From Octopus sinensis (Eukaryota), in NCBI RefSeq assembly GCF_006345805.1, contig NC_043020.1, positions 5,952,001 to 6,016,000 on the forward strand: a stretch of DNA of 64,000 nt. Direction: 5' to 3'. The notes beneath the pieces are model-generated. The model did no database searches and was not told where the DNA came from. It worked only from the letters and a program-made list of their open reading frames with translations. The position numbers were made by a program, and so were the translations under genes. Of this stretch, positions 26,708 through 40,029 are shown piece by piece; position 1 is the stretch's first letter, and the number at the start of each line of letters is the position of its first letter.

Positions 26708-26853
26708 GAAACAAACAAGATTTAGAACATCTACGAGAAGTAAGCGTCGCTGAAGCCAAAGCATACGCACAACATTGCTCCATGCTGGATGCAATTGAGA
26801 CCAGCGCTAAAGAAAATACCAACATTGACGAAGCATTTCTACGAATGGCTAAG
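26708..26853 (+). CDS. RAB43: Rab43-like GTPase, next coding exon (146 bp; G4 NKxD and G5 ETSAK)
   Basis: tttgcag| ... |gtaaac. The phase-1 join completes Gly, then [48 protein letters not shown]. Confidence 0.95.
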
Positions 26854-27142
26854 GTAAACATGTGCTTGTTTTGTTAAGTAATGTTGTTGTTGTTGTTGCT
26901 GTTGGTTTGTTTGTTGAGCGAAGCGGTCTTCGTCCCATGTCTGTAGTGGGAGAAGTCTCAAACGTGGTCCTTTGCTATTCGTAAGACCCGCAGAAGAAGA
27001 GAAAGCAGATCAACCTCCGACACTGAGAGCATCGACCGATGGATGAATGCGCATCAGGGCTCAGCGGTTGCGTAGGAAGTCGGGGACAAGAAACAGGAAG
27101 AAAAAGCAAGAGAAAGTTGGAGCGAAAGAGTACAACAGGGGT

Positions 27143-28699
27143 CGATTTTGCTTTTCATCCTTTCAAGGTCGATAAATAAAGTGCCGGTCAAGTACTGAGG
27201 GTCAATGTAATCAATTATTCCCCTCCCCACAAATTCCAGGCCTTGTGCTTATAGTAGAAAGGATTATTATTATTATTATTATTATTGTTGTTTAAGCTGG
27301 TGAGGTGGCAAAGTCATTAACACACTGGACAAAATGCTTAACAGCATTTCGGCTGACCTTACATTCTGAGTTCAAATTCTGCTGAGGTTAACTTTGCCTG
27401 TTGTCCTTTGGGGGTGGCAGCGATGAAATAAGTACCAGTTATGCACTGGGGTCAATGTAACTGACTAGCCCCCACCCCCAAAATTTCAGACCTTGTGCCT
27501 ATAGTAGAAAGGATTGCTGGTAGAAACATTAGCACACCAGGCTAAATAATTAGCGGCATTTCGTTTGTCCTTGTGTTCTGAGTTCAAATTCCACTGAGGT
27601 CGACTTTGCCTTTCATCCTTTTGGGCTCAATAAAATATGTACCAGTGAAATACTGGGGTTGATGTAATTGACTAGTCCTGTCCCCACCAAATTTCAGGCC
27701 TTGTGCCTTTAATAGAAATAATAATTATTATTATTATTATTATTAAGGCAGTGAGGTGGCAGAATCATTAGGAAGCTGGGTAGAATGCTTTGTGGCATTT
27801 CATCTGTCCTTACATTCTGAGTTCAAATTCCACCGAGGTCGACTTTGCCTTTCATCGTTTCTGAGTCGATAAAATAAGTTCCAGTCATGTGCTGGGGGTC
27901 AATGTAATCGACTTGCCCCGTCCCTCAAAAACTGCTGGCCCTGTGCCAAAATTTAACACTGTCATTATCGTTACTGTTGTTGTTTTTTTGTTGTTGATTG
28001 ATTCATTAAACTCTGTAATTAACATTTTTGTTTTGTCTTTTTCTTTCTTCCGTTGCCCATCGCCTGCAACCACCTCTACCAACAACAACAACAATACCAA
28101 CATCAACAACATTGCAGGATTTGAAGAAGAGATTCGGTGGTGAGAACAGCCTGGAAAACGGTCCTGGCGGCAAAATAAACTTGAACACACGTACAGTTAG
28201 AAGCGGGGGATGCTGTGGCAGTGGAAATTCTTGATGTAGAACAGATCTCTTATACCTTCTGCATCATCAGCATTAGCATCATCATCATCACCACCATCAT
28301 TGTGATCGCTACCAGCACCACCACCACTATCATCATCAACATCATCATCATCGTTGTTCCTGACATCTTTACCAAATGTCATGGTCAAACATCAACTTTG
28401 TCAATGATACTAATGCCAGCATCATCATCATCATTACCAGCATCAATCATACTCATCATAATTATTATTATTATTACCATTATTACTAAGAAGGTGGTGA
28501 GCTGGCAGAATCGTTAGAACGTCGGGCAAAATGCTTTGTGCTATTTTATCTGTCGCTACATTCTGAGTTCAAATTCCACCAGGGTCGACTTTGCCTTTCA
28601 TCCTTTTGGGGTCGATAAAGTACCAGTGAAATACTGGGGTTGATTGCATCAACTAGTCCCCTCCCTCAAATTTCAGGCTTTGTACCTATAGCAAAAAGG

Positions 28700-28749
<50 letters not shown>

Positions 28750-30749
28750 GAAGGTGGCAAGCTGGCAGAATCATTAGCATGCTGGGCGAAATGTTAAGCA
28801 GCTTTTCGTTCACCTTCATGTTCTGAGTTCAAATTCCGCCATGGTCAACTTTGCCTTTAATCCTTTCGGGGTCGATAAAATAAATACCAGTGAAACACTG
28901 GTATTTGATGTAATCGATTAGTCCCCACTGCCCCAAATTTTAGGCTTTGTGCCTCCAGTAGAAAGGAATATTATTAATATTATTATTATTATTATTATTA
29001 TTACACTGGACAAAATGCTTAGCAACATTTCACCTGTTGCTGCTTTCTGAGTTCCATTTCCATCGAGGTCGCTTTTGCCTTTCATCCTTTCAGGGTTAAT
29101 GAAATAAGCACGAGTGGAGCACTGGGGGTCGATTTAATTGACTAGTCCCCTCTCTCCAAATTTCAGGCCTTGTGCCAATAGTAGAAAGGGTTATTATTAT
29201 TATCATCAAGAAGGTGGCAAGCTGGCAGTGTCATTAGCAGGCCAGACAACATACTTTGTGGCATTTTTTTTCCAGCTTGGTTCTGAGTTCAAATTCCACT
29301 GAGGTTGACTTTGCCTTTCATCCCTTTTTTTTTTTTTTTTGGATAGGGAGGTTGATGAAATAAGCCCCAGATGAGCACTAAGGTCAATATAACCGACTAG
29401 CTCCCTCCCTTAAAAAAATTTGGGCCTTTTGCCTTATAGTACAAAGGTTTCTTATAAATAAGGCAGGGAACTGACAGAATCATTGGCGCGTTGGACAAAA
29501 TGCTAAATGGCTTTTCACCAATCTTTACATTCTGAGTTCAAATTCTACCAAGATTGACTTTGCCTTTCATCCTTTTGGGGTCGATTAAATAAGTACCAGT
29601 TGTGTACTGGAATCAATGTAACCGACAACCCACTCCATCAAAATTTCAGCCTTCTGCCCATCATAGAAAAGATTATTATTATTATTATTATTATTATTAT
29701 TGATAAAGTAGCGAGCTGGTAGAATCGTTAGCATGCCAGGTGAAATGCTTGGTGGTATTTCACCTGTCCCTACATTCAAAGTTCAAATTCCACTGAGGTC
29801 GACTTTGCCTTTTGTCCTTTCAGGGTCAATAAATTAAGTACCAATTAAAAATTGGGGTCGATGTAATCAACTGGTCCTCTACCCGCAAAATTTCAGGCCT
29901 TGTGCCTTCAGTAAAAAGGATTATTATTATTATTATTATTATTATTGAACTGGATGAATAATTAGAGAATCAAACATGGGCTATTTCATTTGGTTCTTTA
30001 CTTTCAGAGTTCAAAACCCGTCAAGATCAATTTTGCCTTTCTTCTCCTCAAGGGTTGATAAAATAATATACCCGTCACGAATTGGGCTCAATATAATTGA
30101 ATATTCTCTCCTGCCAAAATTTCTGGCATTGTTGATCTTGGCGGAATTCTTTATGTTTGTTTTAAGCTGAAATTCTTCCAAGGTCAACTGTACCGTTCAT
30201 CCTTTCGGAGTCAATAAACTAAAGTCTCAGTGAAATACTGGGTTCAATGAAAAAGGGACTAACCCCTCCCTTCAAAATTTCTCACCTTGTGCTGTATTAT
30301 TAAAGGTGTCAAACTGGCAGACTTATTTAGAGCATTAGAAAAAAATGCCCAGCTGTTTTTTTTTTCTCTGGACCTTTATGTTCTGAGTTCAAATGCTGCC
30401 GAGATCAATTTTGCCTTTTGTCCTTTCAAGGTCAATACGATAAAAGTATCGGTCAAGTATTGCGATTGACAATATTGGCCATTTCCCTTCCCCTCAAAAT
30501 TACTGGCCTTAAACCAAAATCAGGAACCATTATTATTCTGATTATCTTTTGGGGTGGCAAGCTGGCACAATTGGTAACATGCCAGACAAAAAGCTCTTTA
30601 CGTTCTGGGTTCAAATTCTGCTAAGGTTGACTTTACCTTTCATGCCTTCAGTTTAAATAAAATAGAATACCAGTCATGCACTGTGGTTAATAAAATTGAC
30701 TTACCACCTCCCCCAAAATTTCAGGCCTTGTGCCTATAATAGAAAGGGT

Positions 30750-30783
<34 letters not shown>

Positions 30784-31720
30784 GGTTGCAAACTGGCAGA
30801 ATGGTTAGCAGCATTTCTTCAAGCTCTTTACATTCTGAGTTCAAATTCTGCCAAGGTTGACTTTTCCTTTCATCCATTTGGGGGACAATAAAATAAGTAC
30901 CAGTTGCGCACTGGGGCCAATGAAATTGACTAGCCTCCACCCCTTAAATTTCAAACTTTGTGCCAATAGCAAAAATTATTATTATTATTGAGCGAGAGAA
31001 CAACATATGCCATCAAAGTGACACTGGGGTACAATTATAACAAACCCATCATGACTACCCGTCTGATAAGGGCACACCAGGCACATGCATCACAACCATA
31101 TGTGCGCCACATGGTAATTTCATATCAAGATAAACAGGACCTGACCTTGCTTGCAGGTGAAACCAAGTGAGAATCTTCTTCAGGTTGAGTAGCCCATCTT
31201 ACTGAAAAGGTCCCTGAATAAGGGTTGCTTGAGGATGATATTATTATTATTATTATTATTATTATTAAGGTGATGAGCTGACAGAATCATTTGCACGCTG
31301 GGCATTTCATCCATTTTTACATCCTGGACTCGAATTCTGCCAGGGTGGACTTTGCCTTTCATCCTTTCGGGGTCGATAAATTAAGTACCAGTGAAACAAC
31401 TGGGGTCAATGCAATCGACTAGTCCCCTAGTCCCCTCCCCACCAAATTTCTGCTCTTGTGCCTCTAGTAGAAAGGATCATTATTATTATTATTATTAAGG
31501 CAGCAAGCTGGCAGAATCGTTAGCACACCGGGCAAAATGCTTAGCAGCATTTCATCCGTCCTTACATTCTGAGTTCAAATTCTGCCGAGGTCGACTTTGC
31601 CTTTCATCCTTTTGGGGTTGATGAAGTAAGTACCAGTTACATACTGGCGTCAGTAGGTTCAACTGGCCATGCCCCACCAACATTTCAGGCCTTGTGCCTA
31701 TAGTAGAAACAGTAATTATT
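27143..31720 (+). repeat. Head-to-tail array of about 17 diverged SINE family C copies (Meta-domain-like) separated by (ATT)n
   Basis: Recurrent gagttcaaattc...gtcgactttgcctttcatcc...taagtaccag...gccttgtgcc...agaaagg(att)n. Interrupted by the Rab43 last exon and by another repeat at about 30990-31230. Confidence 0.85.
28118..28234 (+). CDS. RAB43: Rab43-like GTPase, last coding exon (hypervariable tail with di-cysteine motif)
   Basis: ttgcag| acceptor, phase 0: DLKKRFGGENSLENGPGGKINLNTRTVRSGGCCGSGNS*. This parallels the Rab43 tail (xxxRxGG...I.LN...GC). Confidence 0.88.
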   Translation, partial: DLKKRFGGENSLENGPGGKINLNTRTVRSGGCCGSGNS

Positions 31721-32867
31721 ATTATTATTATTATTATGGTTATTATTATTATTATTATTATTGTTATTGTTTTTATCATCATCATCATCATCATCACTGT
31801 AATTGTTGTTGTTGTTGTGACTATCATTAGTACATGAGCAAGCAGTGGTCGGACTTGAACTTGTGTAACAACTGCTGTTGAAGCATTTGCTGGCATTCTA
31901 TGAACTGCGTTATGTACCTGTCAGATAAATTTTGGTTCGGTTTGTTCTATAAACCACCCTGACGACAACAACAACATGACTATACAACAATTAAGAAAAC
32001 TTTATTCTGTCCACTGCTCAATCGACACAGCACTCCGCAATTTTTCACTCTTAGAATGAATGCTTGTTACTGTAATAAAGCTTCCTAACTATCTATCCAT
32101 CTATCCATCCGTCTATCTATCTACTTACCTGTCTATATACCTATCTATTTGTCTATCCATCCATCCATCTGTCTATTGATCTGTGTATCTATCTACTTAC
32201 CTAGCTATCTGTCTGTCTGTTTATCTACCTACCTATCTACCTGTCTGTCGATTTGTTCACCTTTCTACTTACTTTTCTATCTATCAATATATCTATCTGT
32301 CTGTCTATTGATTTGTCTAATTATCTGTCTATCTATCGATCCATTTCCTGCTTATCTATCTATATATCCATCTATCTACATATATATAATCATATTTAAT
32401 GGCATAAAAGATGCATCAATTCAACAGCGCATATTTAGAATTGGATTCAAAATTAGCTTACCTGGGGTGATTTGAGACATCTTTTTGAAAAGTGTGTCTC
32501 ATATGCCATTAAATACATTATATATATATGTGTATATATATATGTACGTATGTATGTATGTATATATAAACCTACTAACCAGTTGATCTAGCAAGCAGGG
32601 TCTCATTTCAGTGAGAAGGGATGGCCAGTGCACGATGATGCTGTCGAGAATAAGGCCCCGAAATGGCACACATTCTCTCCTGGTGACCCCATAAAACTTG
32701 CTAGTATCAAGTATGCAGGGCTTTCAACTGGTACCACTTGCATCTGCAAGTTATTGGCAAAAAAAATATATATATATATTTATATTTTGTATGTATACAT
32801 ATATATATATGTACATATACACACATATTATGCATGTGTGTGTGTATATATATGTATGTATATATGC

Positions 32868-32899
<32 letters not shown>

Positions 32900-34139
32900 T
32901 ATGTATATACGTGTGTATAATTACTTGCAAGAATAACACACAGACAGACAGACAGACACCTACATCATACTCACGCACATATATTATAAACAAAATGGCT
33001 GTGAGGTTAAGGGGGGTGTTGGTCTGCTGACAATATGGTCACGAGTTCAAATCTTAGTGTAGCCTTTTGAATTGGGCTTGCGAGCAAGGCACATAACTCT
33101 GCATGGTCTGCAGCTTTTCTTGACTTCACAAACACAAACACACAAAAAAAAAAATACAAAACAAATAATAATAATAATAACCACAACAACACACTGATGA
33201 ATAAAATTACTTCCCCCCACCCCCACCCCCATCTCTCTCTCTCGCTGCTTCACGGTTGATTGGTTCTTGATTGGAAATTGACATATCATTCAACTGTAAA
33301 AACAATTGTTCCTGCAATGAACCAACCCATCCAATAAGCGTAAAAGAACAACAACAACAAACAAAAAACAATTTAGAATAATGATATTTGTATATAAATG
33401 TGTGTGTATGTGTGTGTGTGTGTAGTATATATATATATGTGTGTGTATATATACATATGTGTGTGTATGTATATATATATATATATAATATATATATATA
33501 TGTATATATATGTGTGTGTGTGTGTATGTATATATATGTGTGTGTGTATATATATATATATGTGTATATATATATGTATATATATATATATATGTGCGTG
33601 TGTGTATATATATGTGTGTGTGTCTGTGTGTATATATATATATATGTGTGTGTGTATATATATTTATCAGGGACGTGCCTATCTGGAATAAAGTAGATCA
33701 ATAGTAGAATTTTCCTTTTATGGCAAAATATGCCCCTAATTCAATAAAATTGTGAAGGTTACTCTGATTATTATGCATAAAATACAAAATGTTTTATTTA
33801 TTTTTTTTTTTTGTAGATTAGGTAGGCATAATTCGCCCCTGCTTTTCAATCTCAGTGTTTAAGCTATGCTTAGTACTGCTGCAGCACACATGCTGAGTAC
33901 ACTCCTACAACACAATTTTCTTTCTGTGCTATAAAGGCAGAAGTAATTCTGCCTCCAACTCAGTCACACTCCTGTGCTTTGCTTATTTTTTGTGTGTTTT
34001 ATTACATAAATGTCACCTACTGCCTACCCTGAGTAATTACTGACAGCACATGCCTGATATATATATATATCCTGTTCTTTTATATGTTTCAGCCTTGAGG
34101 CTATGGCCATGCTGGAGCACTGCCAAATGACTTTTTAAT

Positions 34140-34620
34140 TGGCCAATTCTAGGGGATTGGCTTTTGGTGAAAGAGTGAGTTCAATACCGCTGCCCTCTTT
34201 TGAGTTTCCTGCCTTGATAATTGGTTCATCTGGGATCTTGGATAGCAAGAGGTCAAGTTTTTTTCTTGAAAATATCTACCCCCACTCCATGGAGATCCTT
34301 CAGATGTTTTGGCAAGGAGTTAAATAGCTGTGGGCCCTTGAATCCCAAGCCATTGCAGTACGTGTCCTTCACCTTAGATGAGACAGCTGAGACTTTTGGA
34401 ACATTGCAGTGACATCCAATTGGAGGTCTGGTATAACTCAGTTCCAAAGTTTGGCGCCAGCCCCTCCAGTATCTTCCACACATATAGCAATGCATACATG
34501 CCCCAAATTCGCTCCAGGGAGTAGAGTCGTAGGTCTTTCAGTCTCTCCCAGTAGCTCAACTATTCCATTGATGCAATCTTCCTTGTCTAGTATCACTGAA
34601 CCGCCTCAAGTTCTGCTGTT
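34140..34620 (-). mobile_element. CR1/L2-clade LINE 3' fragment
   Basis: SYWERLKDLRLYSLER...YVWKILEGLAPN...KGPQLFNSLPKHLKDL. Confidence 0.8.
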
Positions 34621-35089
34621 AATCCTAGAGTGTAAAGGGGGCCACAGTTGAGAGCAACAGCCCAGCTGCAGCTGAGGACCAATGTCCTCCATAGTACCAG
34701 CATGGTTTCTTGGTCCCATGTATGGATGTGTGTATATGTGTGTGTGTGTGTATGTATGTCTGTATATATCTATATATTATGGTTCAAAAATATACAAAAA
34801 AAAAACAGGAAAAAGAACAAATTTAATGGTCATGCATATATATACTTATACATACATGTATATATACATAAACATACATACATGTATATATACATATACC
34901 TACATACATACATATACATATATGCATATATACATATATATACATACATATACCTACATACATATATGCATATATACGTACATATACACACATACATATA
35001 CATACATATGTATATATACATACATACACAAGTATGTATATATATATATGTATCTATATATACATACATACATATATACACACACATAC

Positions 35090-35120
<31 letters not shown>

Positions 35121-35157
35121 CATACATACACACATACATATACACACACACACACAC

Positions 35158-35190
<33 letters not shown>

Positions 35191-35233
35191 CATACACACA
35201 CACACACACATGTATATATACATACACACACAC

Positions 35234-35264
<31 letters not shown>

Positions 35265-35320
35265 CATACACACACACATGTATATATACATACACACACA
35301 CATATGTGTGTGTATATATA

Positions 35321-35359
<39 letters not shown>

Positions 35360-36984
35360 TGTATATATACATACACACACATATGTGTATATACATACAC
35401 ACACACATACATAAAATATATATCCATCCATGGCTTGGGCTTCGTGAGCAAAGATTTATAGGGAAAGTCCATGTCTGTTGTTGGCTGTTGTGTGTGTGTG
35501 TGTACATACACACATATATACAGAGCCAGCTCATGGCTTCATGGTTAAAGTATTTATCTTATGATCATAAGGTCCTTGAGCAAGACACTTCATTTCACCT
35601 TGCTTCAGTCCACTCAGCTGGCAAAACTAAGTTGTACCTGTAATTACACAGGGGCTAGCTTTGTCACGTTCTGTGTAATGCTGAATATCTCTAAGAACCA
35701 CATTAAGGGTATGTGTATCTGTGGAGTACTCGGCCACTTGCATGTTAACTTCACGAGCAGGTTCCACCGACCGGATCAACTGGAGCCCTCATTGCAACCA
35801 ACAGAGTAACAGTATATATATATATGTTACACATCTGAAACAGCTGTAGAAAACCTCAACCCATCAGTGTTATTGTTAATATATATATGTGCGTGCACAC
35901 AACAGAAAATAAATATTGATGGAGAAAAGACTGGATGGTCAAGACTGGTGTGTCTATGATCATAGCCTCCTCAATGTGGTTTTTACCTGGGGTTAAACAT
36001 TAACAACGCATAAAACAAAAACAAAAAACTAAACTACAAACACATGCACTGTTAATCATTCCTTAAAACTGCTACTTCTGTGAAAAACAAAAAAAATCCT
36101 GTGGTTTTTTGATCTTATTTATTTGTTTTTTATTGTTTTTATTATATTTTTTGTTTAAATTAATTTATTTATTAATATTTTTGTTGTTGTTTTTTTCTTT
36201 TTAACTATAACTTATATTTGATTAAATTTAAATTTTTTTTTTTATTCTTAAGATTTTTATTTTTTTCCTTTCCCCGTTTTTTTGTTAAAGCTGTGATTTC
36301 CGCATACTGTTTGACCATTCTCTGGGTGTAGATTCCATTCTAAGAACACAAACCAGAGAAGATTGTTCTGTATATTTTCGGAAAAAAGTAATTTTGACCA
36401 AATATGTTTGAAAATTTGGAAGAATTCTTTGGGTTTTCTTTTGTTTTGTTTTTTTATTAATATTTGTTTTGTTATCTTCCGTTGTTTTGTTGGGTTTTTT
36501 TTCCAGCATCATTTGCATCAGTATCCCAAATTCACTTGTTGCTTCAAGAAATGAAGGTTTCACAACACAAAACAGCAAAGTGTTCTTCCTATGGCTGCAG
36601 GGTCAAGCATCCTCTACCTGACCCCATCATCTCTGTCCCTATCGCCACTGGTCTTGTATAGAAAGAGCGACAGAATTGGTGCTGGTGTCTTGGTTTGCTA
36701 AACGACCCCATCATCATCGTCAACCTCATCGTTTAACATCTGCTTTCCATGCTGGCATGGGTTGGACGATTTGACTAAGGACTAGCGAACCAGGAGGCTG
36801 CACCAGGCTCCGATCTGATCTGGCAGAGTTTCTACAGCTGGATGCCCTTCCCAACACCAAGAGTGTAGTGGGTGCTTTTTATGTGCCACTAGCACGAGGA
36901 CCAGTCTGTAGAATGAATATCATTATAGCAGGTACGGCCTACGCAGAGACAGTCCCACTTTCTTGTTCTTCAAACTTGTATTAA

Positions 36985-37554
36985 CCCCTTTCGTTACTGT
37001 ATTTATTTTGAGATGCTCTGTGTTTCTTTCAATTAATTTTAAATATAACAAAGAATTTAGTAAAATAACTTAGTTATCATTAAGCTTAGTGTTAGGAACA
37101 TAAATTGTGACTAAGGTTTGGTGGAAGATTTTAATTCAGAACTTATAAAAACAAGACATTTGTACTACAGAGCCAGAGGTGGTTTCAGCCAGGTTGGTAT
37201 CAAAATGATTAAGAGAAGCTATTTAAGAAAGAAAGAATGATTTTATTGCTGTTGAGGTCATCTTCACCTTTCATATCTTCAACATCAATACTAATGGGAC
37301 CTGTGGAAATTCCACAGAGCGAAAAAGATTAACCCTTTTGTTACCATATTTCTGTTGAGATGCTCTGTGTTTCTTTCAATTAATTTAAAATATAACAAAG
37401 AATTTAGTAAAATAACTTAGTTATCATTAAACTAGTGTTAGGAACATAAATTGTGATTAAGGTTTGGTGGAAGATTTTAATTCAAAACTTATGAAAACAA
37501 GACATTTGTACAACAGTGCCAGAGCCAGTTTCCGCCGGGTTGGTGTTGAAAGGG
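36985..37554. mobile_element. Second copy of the MITE-spacer-MITE composite
   Basis: TTAA at 36981, 37209, 37329 and 37555. The spacer at 37213-37328 differs from copy 1 at 2 positions. Outer flanks are unrelated to copy 1. Confidence 0.8.
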
Positions 37555-37925
37555 TTAACCTTGTACAATCAGTCAGTGTCCCAATCTCAGTTATTGTCAG
37601 GATTCAAAAGGAGATACATGGCCACCCCACATTATATGAATTGGATGGGAGTGGCTGAAAGGATAAAGAAAGGCCCTCAACTGATGGAAGAGTAGTAGAG
37701 AGGGAAGTGGCTTTATGTCAGGTGTTGAGAGGCTAAAGTATGATAAAGGGGTCTTGCTGTAGTGGAGATGCATAGTAGCCCTTCCTTACATAAGGCTCTG
37801 TAGGAATGTGTGTGTGTGTTTCTCTTTGCATTTCTTTGTGCTTGCATCACTTGTGCATGTGTGATGTTGTTGATGGACCCTCATAAACAAAACCATTCAG
37901 CAGATCGACATTGTAAAGCTGACAA

Positions 37926-38306
37926 GGCGCAGGAGTGGCTGTGTGGTAAGTAGCTTGTTTACCAACCACATGGTTCCGGGTTCCGTCCCACTGCGTGGCA
38001 CCTTGGGCAAGTGTCTTCTACTATAGCCTCAGGCTGACCAAAGCCTTGTGAGTGGATTTGGTAGACGGAAACTGAAAGAAGCCCATCGTATATATATATA
38101 TGTATATATATGTGTGTGTTTGTCCTCCCCAACATCGCTTGACAACCGATGCTGGTGTGTTTACGTCGCAGTCACTTAGCGGTTCGGCAAAAAAGAGACC
38201 GATAGAATAAGTACTGGGCTTACAAAGAATAAGTCCCTGGTTCGATTTGCTTGACTAAAGGCGGTGCTCCAGCATGGCCGCAGTCAAATGACTGAAACAA
38301 GTAAAA
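37926..38306 (+). mobile_element. SINE family A
   Basis: Full-length match to the other copies. Confidence 0.8.
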
Positions 38307-39477
38307 ATATATAAAAAAAAAATAATAAAAGGAATGAAATACTAGAAAGCAAATAAGAACTGGCATCAAAACGCATGTGGAAGCACAATGGCCCAGTGGT
38401 TACTGAAGCAGACTCACAGTCGGAGGATCGCGGTTTCGATTCCTAGACCGGGTTTATTGAGTGAAAACACCTAAAACCCCACGAGGCTCCAGCAGGGGGT
38501 GTTGGCGACCCCTGTTGTACTCTTTCGCCCCAACTTTCTCTCACTCTTTCTTCCTGTTTCTTGAGTAACACTGCAATGGACTGGTGTCCCGTCATACACC
38601 ATAGAAACTGGGAAATCGGGCCCATGAGCCTGGCTTGGCTTGAAAAGGGCGCACAAAAAAAAAAAAAAAAGCATTGTACAACCTGGAGCCGTGCAATACT
38701 GTTTCTGGAAGTCTCATCTAACTCATACCAGCATGGAAAAAGAAGATGTAAAAGCAGTAACGATGATGGAGGTGATGACAACAACAGTGACAACATTTTC
38801 AGCATCCAAATCAAAAGAGAGAAAAGATTTGGAGAAAAATTGAGGAATTAGTTGTGCAAAAAGGTTTTGTATATTAATAGAAATATCACATTTCTAAATA
38901 TCTCAGAGAGATATAAGCAGTGGTGGTAGGATAGAGGAGTTGTATTCTGTCAACTTAATGTGACAGTCCCATGAAGGGAATCACACCACTGCTATTTAGC
39001 CCTAGGAAGCAGCAATGCTTCCTGTTGGCCTTGGAAGGTTTCAATTCAGAACTTATGAAAGCAAAACATTTGTCCTACAGAGCCAGAGGCAGCTTCAGCC
39101 GGGTTGGTAATGAAAGGGTTAAAGTAGATGTTATTCAGTGGGGAATAACATCTGCTTAGGGTCAAAGTCTGCAAGTAAATACACTGACAACAGTGGTGGT
39201 TTGTCTCCACCGGAAATCAAATAGGGTCTTGGGTGGAGGAGAAGGGTTGGATAAAGTTTAAGGGTCACAAGGTTGGGATTTATAAATGAAACACAGAATT
39301 GAGGAGAGAGGGAGATGAAAAAAAGAAAACCAAAGGGCTTAGGGGGAAGATGGGGTATGCAGTTTGTTACGTGTGTTGTGTGTGTGTATAATAATAATAT
39401 AGAAATATATTAGTAACACAAGCTGTACATTTATGTGTGTGAGTATAAATATATATATATGCATGTTTGTGAGTGTG

Positions 39478-39508
<31 letters not shown>

Positions 39509-39628
39509 TTGTGTAGATATATAATAACAAAAGTGCATCATTAACACAATTTGAATATGCATGTGTATGAGTAAATATGTGTGTGTTTATGTGACTGTAT
39601 GAATGTATGTATGTGTGCATGCATGCAA

Positions 39629-39675
<47 letters not shown>

Positions 39676-39766
39676 GAAAAATACAAACTGGGACAAGAAC
39701 GCAAAACACTTAGAAGACGATACTAAAAACACAGACGGGACATATATATATATTTGTGTAGATAAT

Positions 39767-40029
39767 GTAAAGTATAATAGCCATCTCAATATGGCTAACC
39801 ACAAAGGGGGGGGTGTTACTGTAGCTTTTAGCCCCAGGAGATCGTCATCTCCAGCTGGCTTTAGGCACACTATCTGTGCCCTTATGGTATTTGCGAAGGG
39901 AGGCCACCATAAGGGCACAGATAGTGTGCCTAAAGCCAGCTGGAGACGACGATCTCCTGGGGCTAAAAGCTACAGTAAGCCCCCACCCCCTTTGTGGTTA
40001 GCCATATTGAGATGGCTATTATAGTTTAC
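39767..40029. repeat. Long inverted repeat (arms of about 122 bp, 17-nt loop)
   Basis: 39767-39888 pairs with 39906-40029 with only about 2 substitutions and one indel or mismatch cluster in the G/C run. Confidence 0.95.

Noticed and set aside
23957-28234. Assignment as Rab30
   Set aside because: [14 protein letters not shown] and [10 protein letters not shown] match Rab43/Rab19, not Rab30 (RSITQ, ANALIL, QYASNKV).
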